Below are positions 20,248 to 29,783 of a DNA stretch of 64,000 bases, piece by piece. Origin of the DNA: Promethearchaeota archaeon. GTDB lineage: Archaea > Asgardarchaeota > Lokiarchaeia > Sigyniarchaeales > SOKP01. The stretch covers positions 1 to 64,000 of the forward strand of contig JAEOSU010000009.1 of assembly GCA_016840165.1 (NCBI GenBank), written 5' to 3'. How positions within the stretch are numbered: position 1 is the first letter of the stretch; every line of letters begins with the position of its first letter. The notes below the pieces were generated by a model. That model had not been told where the DNA came from. It made no database searches and saw nothing but the letters and a program-made list of their open reading frames with translations. The translations under genes and the position numbers were made by a program.

Positions 20248-20898
20248 CTAAGTATGACTCATCAAATGCTTAACTAACTTTACTGCTTCAACCGCATTAT
20301 CTGCATAACCATCCGCTCCACTCTCTTCAACCCAAGATGGAGTAACTGGAGCACCACCTAAAATTACCTTAAAATTACCTCTAATTCCTCTGGATTCCAA
20401 CAAATCAATAACTTTTTTCTGCCCGAACATTGTTGTAGATAATAACGCCGATACTCCGATTATGTGTGCTTTTTTTTCAATGGCGGTTTCTACGATAGTT
20501 TCTGCGGAGATATCTGCTCCTAAATCGTAGACTTCGAATCCATTTGCACTCAACATCGTGCCTACTATCGTTTTTCCAATTGAATGAATATCTCCTTCGA
20601 TCGTTGCAATCACAATCCGTCCTAAAATAATACCCTTATCTGATGATTTTAGGGAAGGTAAAAGAATTTTCATACATTCTTGCATAATAGTTCCACCAAG
20701 CATCAATTCAGGTAAGAAAAATTCACCATCTTCCCATAAATCACCAATACGACGTATTCCTTCTCCAAATCCTCTCTCGATTGTCTTAATTAAATCCATA
20801 TCCTCATTAATAGCCTTAGTGGCTAATTCAATCGCTTTTTCTTTATCTAAACTTACTATAGCATCAGAAATTTCTTTATAAAATTCTTCTTGAGACAA
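20248..20898 (-). CDS. Corrinoid (cobalamin-binding) methyl-carrier protein
   Basis: B12-binding cap (GEFFLPELM), GDIHSIGK (DxHxxG), DLG, SALLSTT, GGAP, GADGYA. Confidence 0.92.
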   Translation of the reverse strand: MSQEEFYKEISDAIVSLDKEKAIELATKAINEDMDLIKTIERGFGEGIRRIGDLWEDGEFFLPELMLGGTIMQECMKILLPSLKSSDKGIILGRIVIATIEGDIHSIGKTIVGTMLSANGFEVYDLGADISAETIVETAIEKKAHIIGVSALLSTTMFGQKKVIDLLESRGIRGNFKVILGGAPVTPSWVEESGADGYADNAVEAVKLVKHLMSHT

Positions 20899-20990
20899 AA
20901 ATATTTCTCTCGATACTTAATTAATTATAAGTTTAACAATATTTAGGTTAATTAATTAAAATTTCGAAAATGAAAAAAACCACTAACCAT

Positions 20991-23900
20991 TCATCTTAAA
21001 ATTTCATGATGTAAACTTTCAATAAATTCATTAAAATTATCTCGATTAAATTTGACATATAACATTGGCATTAATAAAATTGGAATAAACTTATCATTTT
21101 CACAGACAGGAATAATTTTTATTAATCCTTTTTTGCTAATTTGATAAGCTGACTGCCATTCACCCTTTACAGCTTCAGATTTCATAGAGTTCTCAGAGCA
21201 AAAAAGAATAAAGGTATTACTCTTCCTAAGTGTTTTTTCCATGAAATCTACAATATTCTCCCCACTATCAGCTTCCCAAAAAGAAATTTCTTCAATTTCA
21301 GAATATACTTTTAAGTTTTCTACAATAATTGGAATTTGAAAATAATCCGAATCTTTTGTAGCATAGCTAATAAATATTCTTTTTTTTGGGATTTCTTTAG
21401 AAATACGCAGCAGCTCTTTAAAATTTAGCTTTGGTTTACTTACTGTCGCCTTAGATGCCAGTACTCTATTAGATTCTTCTGCAATTTCACGAATTTCACT
21501 TAATCTAGGAGATTGACTGATTTCCACGGGGCAAGCAGGAGCGAATATGCCCACCGTACTTCTTGAAATCGAAGGTTCTTCAATCGTACTAAGAGCAGAA
21601 ATTAATATTAATTCTTCTTTTTGCACTCTTTCCAATTTGGTTAGAACTTCAATCTCTTTATCTTTATGGCCTGCTTTGCTGAACAATTCTGCAGCAGATT
21701 TTAAATACCCCGATCCAATCCTTAAAAGCTTTTTTCTTTTATCAAGATCTAACTCCTCATCGACTCTGATTAAATGCCATGCCGCATCAAAATAAGTTGA
21801 AGTAGCTAAAGCCCAATCAGCTGCATTATTGAAATTCCCTTTTTCATATAAAGAAGCCGCTTTCCTAAGCTTAGATTTAATTTTCGAGTAATGCTCTGTT
21901 TTTGTTTCTTTTTCAAGGGATTCATCAAATTTACATCCAAATTCTAGTGCTTGACAAAATGCAGAATTTCCCGAAGCAAGTAATTTAAATTTAGTATCAG
22001 TAAAACTATTGCTAGCTCTTTTGAATAAATTTCCTGCTTCTGCAAACCGTTCAGGATCTCCATACTTTTCAGCAAGCGTCATATTCTCCCAAGCTCGGCA
22101 AAGATAGTATATTGATTCAAGTTCTCTTCGCTCTCGCTCTACTTTAAATACAGTACAAATTATTCTAAATTGCGAAGCAGCAGTCGCAAATTTTTCAGCA
22201 GCTTCAAGTAAATTACCACGTTTACTTAAGACTCTTCCTTTTTCAAGTTTAATTCTAGAAGAACAATAATCTTTCCTGATTTTAGCTACTTTCTCAAGTT
22301 TTTCAATTGTTTTCCTTTCTTCTTTAGAATATTTAGATGTATCTCCTAGTTTTTTTATTGTATTTTTGAAAGCGATTTTAGTCATCTTATAAATTCTAAT
22401 GGCTTCTTCTTGTTTCCCTTGTTTACTAAAATCTTCTGCTTCTTCTAATAAAGCCCATGCTGTGTAATAAGGTGCTTCATAATTGTATTTACGCACTTTT
22501 TTTAGAATTATAACTGCTTGCTCATAACTTTCTTTCGCTTTTATATGTTTCTCTCTTTTATGATAACTTTTAGCGCTTTCTATTAAACTCCAAGCATGAG
22601 CGTATCTTATTTTTTCTTGAACTCTCTTTTTAAGCGGTTTATATTCAACATTTTTTAGTGATTCTCTATGAATTTCTTGAGCCCTTTTATAATTTTCTGC
22701 CGATTCATCGTGATTACCCATTCTATCTTCGATACGTGCAATATATTCATGAGTAGCGGCAGCAAGGGAATTGTGTCCTCTTTTTAGACATTCATCAATG
22801 GTTTTAAGAAACAATTTTTTAGCTTCAATTAATGGATTAATATCTACTTTAGTGATACCTAATTCTTCAAGAAGAAGTCCTAATCTAACTTGTCCTACTA
22901 TATTACCAGTACGAGACTCAACAGCATGTTTTATATATTTTTTAGAAGCATCTATGGCAGCTTCTAACATTTTTATCTTTTTTTGCTTGTTTTTTGCAAT
23001 ATCTGCCATAGTTTTATATGCTCTATATTGAGACGAATTAAATGATGCTGCTGCATTACCTCCTCTGTATGTTTCCCCAATATCTTTAGCTTGTTTAGCA
23101 TAATAAAGCATTTTTCGAGCGTATCTATCTTGTTGTTCTTTTTCTGTAGTGAGAATTGCCATTTGTGAGTAAGACCAAGTAAGCAGTTGGAAAGCCCATA
23201 CACAAAAAGGACCGAAAGCGAGATTTTTTAGTGAATTTTTGGTATAACTAATCCCTTTTTTAGCGTAAATTTCCCTCTCGTTTAGTGAAATAAAACTTCT
23301 CTGAGCAAAATTTCCATAATAAAATCCTGGTAAGAAATTGGAATAAAAATACCAGAGACTATTTTCATCTTCATATATTTTTCCTAAATCTATAATTTCA
23401 TTTATATCATTAATAATCCTCTTTTGGAGATAATTAAATCTACCACTAACTATTGCCCATAAATTTAACCAAAATAATGAAAGAATCGTAATTTTTTTTT
23501 CATTTGAATCCATGGCATAACTTAATCCCTTTTCATGGTATTCTAATCCTTTAAGAAAGTCTAATCTTTGGTCCCGTTCATCTTCAATAAAGTGAAATGC
23601 ATAAGCAGAATATATAAAACCTGTTGCAAAATTAATCATAGCAAGGATGGAATTATCAACGCAACCCTCAACTCTCTGTATACTTTCATCACATTTTAAT
23701 AGGAATTCTCTTGTATATTGCTTATAAAAATGCTCTCGTTTAAACGGCATTATAAAAAATATGATATGTAGATTAATAAAAAATTCAGCAAACAAGGATT
23801 CTGCCAGAATTTGAATATTTTCTTTTTCTTTTAAAATCTTCCAGATTTTATCCAAAATCTCCCTAGCTTTTTGAAAAATCTCTTCAATTTCTTTATTATC

Positions 23901-24386
23901 ACTACAATATGAGGTTATTAATCCTAAAGTAATTGCAGCTCGACTAAAAACTCGTGCTCTACCCATTTGATTATCGTCTTTAGAATAACTTTCACTTGCC
24001 CTAATAAATAGATCATATGCTTTACTAAATGATTCCTTTGCTTTAGCTACAGATTCGGTTATAAAACCGATATAATAACAAACTTCAGCCTTATTTTCTA
24101 ATTCATCAGATTGCATCTCAACTTCTTTAAAAAGATTTGCTGCTTCAGTATAAGCTTTAATGGCATTACTGTACATCTCTCTATGATCTTCTACCGTTTC
24201 TACGGTATCAGCGGCTCTAGCATTTGCATATCCGGACTTCCTATAAAATTCTGCAGCCTTTTCCATCTCATTTTCAATTAGGAAAGAATTAGCGGCTTTT
24301 TCATATAATGATGCTGCTTTTACCCAGTTGTAATTTCTTTCTTCTATAAGAGCTTGCTCTAAAGATCCATTTTCAACTTCTAACAT
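20991..24386 (-). CDS. Large TPR/alpha-solenoid protein with C-terminal TIR domain
   Basis: About 950 aa of helical repeats (e.g. KAASLYEKAA, AAEKFATAASQF, LRKAASLYEKG), then TIR motifs RIFISYATKD, FILFCSENSMKSEAVKGEW, IIPV, IP.LL. Confidence 0.8.
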   Translation of the reverse strand: MLEVENGSLEQALIEERNYNWVKAASLYEKAANSFLIENEMEKAAEFYRKSGYANARAADTVETVEDHREMYSNAIKAYTEAANLFKEVEMQSDELENKAEVCYYIGFITESVAKAKESFSKAYDLFIRASESYSKDDNQMGRARVFSRAAITLGLITSYCSDNKEIEEIFQKAREILDKIWKILKEKENIQILAESLFAEFFINLHIIFFIMPFKREHFYKQYTREFLLKCDESIQRVEGCVDNSILAMINFATGFIYSAYAFHFIEDERDQRLDFLKGLEYHEKGLSYAMDSNEKKITILSLFWLNLWAIVSGRFNYLQKRIINDINEIIDLGKIYEDENSLWYFYSNFLPGFYYGNFAQRSFISLNEREIYAKKGISYTKNSLKNLAFGPFCVWAFQLLTWSYSQMAILTTEKEQQDRYARKMLYYAKQAKDIGETYRGGNAAASFNSSQYRAYKTMADIAKNKQKKIKMLEAAIDASKKYIKHAVESRTGNIVGQVRLGLLLEELGITKVDINPLIEAKKLFLKTIDECLKRGHNSLAAATHEYIARIEDRMGNHDESAENYKRAQEIHRESLKNVEYKPLKKRVQEKIRYAHAWSLIESAKSYHKREKHIKAKESYEQAVIILKKVRKYNYEAPYYTAWALLEEAEDFSKQGKQEEAIRIYKMTKIAFKNTIKKLGDTSKYSKEERKTIEKLEKVAKIRKDYCSSRIKLEKGRVLSKRGNLLEAAEKFATAASQFRIICTVFKVERERRELESIYYLCRAWENMTLAEKYGDPERFAEAGNLFKRASNSFTDTKFKLLASGNSAFCQALEFGCKFDESLEKETKTEHYSKIKSKLRKAASLYEKGNFNNAADWALATSTYFDAAWHLIRVDEELDLDKRKKLLRIGSGYLKSAAELFSKAGHKDKEIEVLTKLERVQKEELILISALSTIEEPSISRSTVGIFAPACPVEISQSPRLSEIREIAEESNRVLASKATVSKPKLNFKELLRISKEIPKKRIFISYATKDSDYFQIPIIVENLKVYSEIEEISFWEADSGENIVDFMEKTLRKSNTFILFCSENSMKSEAVKGEWQSAYQISKKGLIKIIPVCENDKFIPILLMPMLYVKFNRDNFNEFIESLHHEILR

Positions 24387-24636
24387 TATTAATCATACTT
24401 CTTTCGGGGCGAAACCAAACAAAAAAATATTATAATTAATAATTTGCATAATGAATTAATATGTCTTATTACATTAATGTAAATTTAATTTTAGGAAGTT
24501 ATTAGAGAAAGTCTGGTTCTATTTGGGATAATCTTATTATTCCATTGTTAGCAGATTATTTAACTGAATAAATTATATTATCTCACACTATACTAAACTA
24601 AAAAATTGTAAATAATAATCAAATGGTGATGTTAAA

Positions 24637-25128
24637 ATTCCCCGACGATATTATGCTAAAGCTAAAAAAACCTATGCCAAAGATCAATCTTTCGAGCAGG
24701 ATCAAGTTGGAGAGGAAAAAGAACGCTATCTAGTGAGCATAGAGTTAATGAGCTTAAAGACTACAAAGGATTATGACATATTCGGCTGGCGTGGTGAGTT
24801 CTATTTCAAAATCGATTCCGAGGATAAATTATTTAAGGCTCGTTGGCCCAATAAAGGAGAGATCAAATTACAAAGGAATCAAGAATTTACTTCAAAAGCA
24901 GATATGTCTCTCTGGAGCCAATTTATTACGGTGAGGGCAGATGAAAGTATTATACTTCCAATAAAAGTGATATTAAGAGAGAGAGACCCAATTCAGAAAG
25001 ACAAGACTGTCGCAAAACAAGTGTTTGAGATTAGATTACCCCAAAAAACAGAGTATGTAATTCTTCAGGATGACGATGAAGATACTAAAGCTAAACTCCG
25101 TATCCAAGCAACTAGAACGAGATATTAA
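24637..25128 (+). CDS. Beta-sandwich (C2-domain-like) hypothetical protein; probable ATT start at 24637 (ORF track uses GTG 24733)
   Basis: Frame is open from 24619; SD-like GGTGAT at 24625-24630 lies 6 nt before an in-frame ATT. C2-like patterns 'KDYDIFGWRGEFYFKI' and 'VILRERDPIQKDKTVAKQVFEIRL'. Confidence 0.55.
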   Translation: MPRRYYAKAKKTYAKDQSFEQDQVGEEKERYLVSIELMSLKTTKDYDIFGWRGEFYFKIDSEDKLFKARWPNKGEIKLQRNQEFTSKADMSLWSQFITVRADESIILPIKVILRERDPIQKDKTVAKQVFEIRLPQKTEYVILQDDDEDTKAKLRIQATRTRY

Positions 25129-25160
25129 CTTTATCTTTTTTCTTAATTAATTTTTATTTT

Positions 25161-26312
25161 TTATTTTAGGGTAAATTTCTCATACTTAGATTCGCACGGA
25201 TGGTTATCAGTAACCCAAAATTCCTTCTTTTGAGGTAAAACGATTATTGAACCTAAAGTTCCTGCAGCAGGACCATGCGTGCAAACTGTAAAATCATCTG
25301 GTTCCCTATTATCATGATCTCTTAAAATTTCTTTAATAATTTCAATGCTAATTTGTCCATGATACTTGTTCAGAAGTTCAATTTCTCTATTGTACCGCCT
25401 TATAGGGGATTCTATAGGACTTATATCCATATCATCCATTTTAAATCGAACATACTCTGGCAAATTAGCGTCTTTAAGCTCTTCTGACTGGTAATGGTTT
25501 GTGTGGGCTAGAATTCCGTTGTTAGGTCTACGAATCGCATAACGAGTGCTTGTAGTCTCAATAACACAAGTGTCGCCTGAATTGTCCATTAAACCACAAT
25601 GGAAGCCATTTGCTCGAGCAGGAAAATTAGATATAAAATCAATGGCTTCTTGAGTTGTTGCGCAAGTTTCTAATGCTTCCTGTATGATGAATGTAGCGGG
25701 AACACCTTTTAATCTGAAATCTAGTGGTTGCTTTTTCCACGACCGACCAAAATTATACCCTATAGCTAAACCTTTCTCATTTAACCCCATATGACAACCA
25801 ACTAGTGGATATTGTGTAAAATTCAAATTTTTATATCCATTATCTGGTCTTTCTTTACGGACTACCTGAAAAGGTTGGAGAACGTTAGGAAAATCATAAT
25901 TTCTTCCAAAAATCATCGAATTATCAATCGTTGCCTCCGAATAGGCAAAAATCATTGAACAAGCGGGAACTGGGGGGTTTTTATATATTGATTTGGGATC
26001 ACCAGACATAACCTCTATAAAATGACCACCATAAATCAATCCTTTGCTTATACCAGCTGCTTTGCTCAGAGCATTCATCTTCTCATGCTGGTTGGGAAGG
26101 AGATGTGATAATGATTTTTTAATATTTCTTTTTCCCATTACACCTAGAGCAAATTTAATAATGGAAAGTGGTATCCATTTAGAAGTCACTTCAGAAAACA
26201 TTTTTGAGTGTAAGACTGTATCAAATGTAGTATAAATTTTTTCTTTTAACTGTTCTCCTTGTTGAAAACCACGCTCAGCGGGATTTCCTTCTATCTTTAT
26301 ATAATCCACCAT
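25161..26312 (-). CDS. Peptidase C45 / acyl-CoA:6-APA acyltransferase family Ntn hydrolase
   Basis: ERG.QQG, nucleophile context PA-CS, GRNYD, G.NEKGLA, HTNHY, S..RY.R. Confidence 0.85.
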   Translation of the reverse strand: MVDYIKIEGNPAERGFQQGEQLKEKIYTTFDTVLHSKMFSEVTSKWIPLSIIKFALGVMGKRNIKKSLSHLLPNQHEKMNALSKAAGISKGLIYGGHFIEVMSGDPKSIYKNPPVPACSMIFAYSEATIDNSMIFGRNYDFPNVLQPFQVVRKERPDNGYKNLNFTQYPLVGCHMGLNEKGLAIGYNFGRSWKKQPLDFRLKGVPATFIIQEALETCATTQEAIDFISNFPARANGFHCGLMDNSGDTCVIETTSTRYAIRRPNNGILAHTNHYQSEELKDANLPEYVRFKMDDMDISPIESPIRRYNREIELLNKYHGQISIEIIKEILRDHDNREPDDFTVCTHGPAAGTLGSIIVLPQKKEFWVTDNHPCESKYEKFTLK

Positions 26313-26366
26313 AAATAATTCATCTCATTATAACTAATATATAATTTATAATATAATCGAAAATCA

Positions 26367-27764
26367 CTATAATCTTTTTTCCTGCATACGATATAGTAGG
26401 AATGCAAATACTACGATTAAAACTGCAATTATTATTTGAATAGTCCCACTCAATGCTCCACCAACGACATCTTCTAAAGCTAAAGAGGCAACTAATACTC
26501 CAAGTTCGAATAATGCAAGATAATTAAGAATTGCGAGAAACTTATTCTCTATTGATGATGATTTGGTATTTAGTGTATTTCTTTCACGATTTAAAGATTT
26601 TCTTATACGAGTAATTACCTCATCAGTTTTTTCTGAGAAGGTAAATCCATCGAGTTTATCAATCATTTCATTGAACATACTTGTTTTAAAGGTACTTGTA
26701 AAAAGTAAGCGTGTTATTTTCGATAAAATAACATCTTTATTTAATTCCAGAATAATTCGATTTAATTCCGTCTCTAACTCTTCTAAACGCTCGATTTTAT
26801 CCTTTAACTTAAGATTTTCTGCTTGAGCTCGCGTATCAGAAATGATACTATCAAATCTTTCGGCTACGGTCAAAATATTTTCCATATGCATCAAAATCAA
26901 GAATCTCTGAACATTACCGACTTCTGGCGCAAAAATGGTATCAATCAACATATTTTTCATCGAATCAGGGTCTAGCAACCCAGGACCGGGAATTATAACA
27001 TTTCCAGCATGCGTTATCATTACAAATTCATTTTTGTAGGGAGAGAGATTTTGAAGATTAATTTGATCTCGATAAGCTATTGGGTCCAATTCACGATATT
27101 TATCTGTCCTTAATGTTAATCCAATAGAATAGTGCGCATCTTTTCCTAATTTTTTTCCGATAAAATTATAATCTTCTCTATTAAATGTAGGTTTTGCGTC
27201 CCAGATAACCCACGTGTGATGCCATGGTTCTAAGACGGATTCCAATTTTGCTTTTCTTGGGTAATTTGCTTTTTTTAACAATTCTATAGTATTATCTCTT
27301 ATTTCAATAAATTTTTCTGTAATTGGTCTGCCTGTACTTTCGAGAATTATATTTGCTGGTTGAGAAATCTCGATAAACTCTTCAATTTTATGGTAATTAT
27401 CAAAAATTAACTCACAATGAATCACTAATACTGAACCATAGTGAATGTGTCCTTCAAGCCGGATCTTTCCCACTACGGACGGGACTGTTGAACAGGAAAA
27501 CCTATCTGACTTTCCTATCTTAAAACATACCGGTGCATACAAATGGGATTGACTCGAGATCCATTTTAATGGTTGGTGACATTTAAATCCCGTAGCTTTA
27601 TTTTTAACAGTACAATGATATCTTTTATAAATCTTTAATGAGGTTTCCGTCTCTAAAAACTCTCTTACTTCGGGAAGCGTAAAATAAAGACCTAGTTCAT
27701 AAAATTTCCAAAACACTAAAGTGACTTTAAACTCTTTTTCAGGTTCTATTTCAGTAATCTCCAT
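26367..27764 (-). CDS. Hypothetical membrane protein: soluble domain, long helices and two C-terminal TM helices
   Basis: 465 aa; hydrophobic hairpin at the C-terminus; CorA-like topology but no GMN motif. Confidence 0.6.
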   Translation of the reverse strand: MEITEIEPEKEFKVTLVFWKFYELGLYFTLPEVREFLETETSLKIYKRYHCTVKNKATGFKCHQPLKWISSQSHLYAPVCFKIGKSDRFSCSTVPSVVGKIRLEGHIHYGSVLVIHCELIFDNYHKIEEFIEISQPANIILESTGRPITEKFIEIRDNTIELLKKANYPRKAKLESVLEPWHHTWVIWDAKPTFNREDYNFIGKKLGKDAHYSIGLTLRTDKYRELDPIAYRDQINLQNLSPYKNEFVMITHAGNVIIPGPGLLDPDSMKNMLIDTIFAPEVGNVQRFLILMHMENILTVAERFDSIISDTRAQAENLKLKDKIERLEELETELNRIILELNKDVILSKITRLLFTSTFKTSMFNEMIDKLDGFTFSEKTDEVITRIRKSLNRERNTLNTKSSSIENKFLAILNYLALFELGVLVASLALEDVVGGALSGTIQIIIAVLIVVFAFLLYRMQEKRL

Positions 27765-27953
27765 ATACCTTATACCATAATTATTTAATATTATAATTAA
27801 ATTTAGGATAAATAAAACTTTATAAAATGATATATAAAAATCTGTTAATAAGGCTCCTTAATTTACAAAAATGGTCAAATTTTATTTATCCTATTAAATT
27901 AATAATATAGAAGATAATATAATTTGAATAAAACTGGATAAGCTGAGAGTTTT

Positions 27954-28601
27954 TTGAATACAAATAAAAAGAATATTCCAAAAGTAGATTATGAAATCAT
28001 TATTGCAGATATCTCGGATGCAGAAGGAATTCATACTGCTTTAAAGGCGAATTTAATCGAAATAGAAGATCTTGATTTGATTTCTGAAAATCAGAGGAAA
28101 AAGTTAGAGCAAAATGGCTTTTTAAGGAAAGAAGTTGATGTTGGATATTATCAAAATCTAATTCAAAACCAAAAAACCGAAATTTATGTTGCCAAAACTA
28201 AAGATGACCAAATTCTAGGGTTTGCAAGTATTCATAAAGAGCAGACTGATATCAAAAAATTGCGAAGTACTTTAAAGAATCTTTATCTTGATAACCAGAA
28301 AATAGAAGATCTTCTTTTAAAGGAGGAGTACAAATTTATTTATCTAGATCAAATTAGTATAATAAATAAATACAAACGGAGAGGGATCGCAACTAAACTC
28401 ATGAAAGCTATCTTAGAGAATAGTCAAAACCCGATTGTTGCGTTTATCGTGAAATATCCACTTCATAATAAAGCCTCTGCATTATGGCATGAGTTTAATG
28501 ATTTTGAATTAGTCGGGTCTGCCGATGGTTATTATAAAGATAAGCAATTTCAGTGGTATATCTACATTCATTGGAATAATAGTAAATTAATTAAAAAATG
28601 A
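27954..28601 (+). CDS. GNAT family N-acetyltransferase
   Basis: YLDQISI..KYKRRGIATKL acetyl-CoA motif; N.AS..WHE..DF. Confidence 0.85.
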   Translation: MNTNKKNIPKVDYEIIIADISDAEGIHTALKANLIEIEDLDLISENQRKKLEQNGFLRKEVDVGYYQNLIQNQKTEIYVAKTKDDQILGFASIHKEQTDIKKLRSTLKNLYLDNQKIEDLLLKEEYKFIYLDQISIINKYKRRGIATKLMKAILENSQNPIVAFIVKYPLHNKASALWHEFNDFELVGSADGYYKDKQFQWYIYIHWNNSKLIKK

Positions 28602-28652
28602 GTCTTAATAAACTATTTTATCGATCTAACAAACGAACGATAAGTGTTTAAA

Positions 28653-28835
28653 TTACTCTTCTTCTTTTGAAGCTAAATCTTTTGCAAGCTCAACGCCTAA
28701 ATCAAGAAAGTCTTTCATAGAGTTATAAAATATATCTCCGATAAGTTCTCCATCTTCGTCAACCGACTCGAACTCATTTATTAACTCTTCTTTCCGTCGT
28801 TCTAACTCGAAATTTAGTTCTATTTCACTTCCCAT
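28653..28835 (-). CDS. Small acidic protein (60 aa), last gene of the lipid operon
   Basis: Strong SD (GGGAGG) upstream of ATG; 17 bp from the upstream gene; shares a DIFY helix with 28853-29548. Confidence 0.7.
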   Translation of the reverse strand: MGSEIELNFELERRKEELINEFESVDEDGELIGDIFYNSMKDFLDLGVELAKDLASKEEE

Positions 28836-28852
28836 TTATATCGTCCTCCCTT

Positions 28853-29548
28853 TTATTCTTCCATAGGTTGGATTTTGAGAGATTCAATAATATTGACAAT
28901 ATCTTCAGCAAGTTCATATCTTTGATCTCGATATTTCTCTCGATTTAATCGTCTCTCTATTGGTAAAGGTGTTCCCACTTTAACTCTGATCCCTTGTGCA
29001 TCAAACATATTTAATATCTTGGTCTTTTCGGTGTATATTGCAAGTGGAATAATTGGTGCTTCTCCCGCAACGGCAAACTTAATAATGCCTGCCATTGCTT
29101 TTATTTGGACATCTCTTTCCAATTTAGATTCTGGAGTCATTGCAACAAGATCCCCCACTTCATTTAAGTAATGGAATACCTTATCGATTGGTTCCGTATC
29201 TTCCTTATCTAATGTGCTTCGAAACATACCTAAAGATTTAAGAATCGGACCGTACATTTGATTTTTCATGAGTTTATGGTGAACCATGAAATGAATCCTT
29301 CTACCAGAAACTTGACTGATGATAAGCATATCTCTTAATGCATTATCGCTTATAGTTGTTAAAATCGCTTTGCCCATTAATGGAACATTTTCTTTACCTT
29401 CAATTTTTAGGTCTGCTAAAGCAGAGAGCCCAAATGCACCAATACCCTTCACTGCCCCATAAAAAATATCTTCCATTAAATCCTTACTTATAAGCTTGTC
29501 TTTCCCCTTAGTTTCTTCTTCTACTGGCGTTTCTACATTTTCTTCCAT
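28853..29548 (-). CDS. PlsC-like lysophospholipid acyltransferase-fold protein lacking the catalytic His
   Basis: IEGKENVP..G.AIL, RRIHFM, G..VAMTPE, APIIPLAI, VKVG.PL; the HxxxxD motif is replaced by TISDNALRD. Confidence 0.75.
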   Translation of the reverse strand: MEENVETPVEEETKGKDKLISKDLMEDIFYGAVKGIGAFGLSALADLKIEGKENVPLMGKAILTTISDNALRDMLIISQVSGRRIHFMVHHKLMKNQMYGPILKSLGMFRSTLDKEDTEPIDKVFHYLNEVGDLVAMTPESKLERDVQIKAMAGIIKFAVAGEAPIIPLAIYTEKTKILNMFDAQGIRVKVGTPLPIERRLNREKYRDQRYELAEDIVNIIESLKIQPMEE

Positions 29549-29562
29549 TTTTTTTACCTCAA

Positions 29563-29757
29563 TTATAATTTGTCTATAAATAAATTTACTTCCTCCATTC
29601 GCCTCTCATAATATTCCTTCAAATCTTTTTCAGAAACGAATGTTGGTATTACTTTTTCGGTGTATAAATCAAAAATCGTTGATAATTTCATTTTATGCTT
29701 GATATTATCAAAAAAATCTTCACCCATTTCTCTTAATTGTTTGATGAATTCTGCCAT
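29563..29757 (-). CDS. Small helical protein (64 aa) in the lipid operon
   Basis: SD GAGGTG upstream; tightly packed between co-oriented genes. Confidence 0.7.
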   Translation of the reverse strand: MAEFIKQLREMGEDFFDNIKHKMKLSTIFDLYTEKVIPTFVSEKDLKEYYERRMEEVNLFIDKL

Positions 29758-29783
29758 TTCATATACACCTCTTAATTATTTAA

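Noticed and set aside
24400-24416. Small hairpin tttcg-ggg-cgaaa upstream of the TPR-TIR gene
   Set aside because: A 5-bp stem is too short to distinguish from chance.
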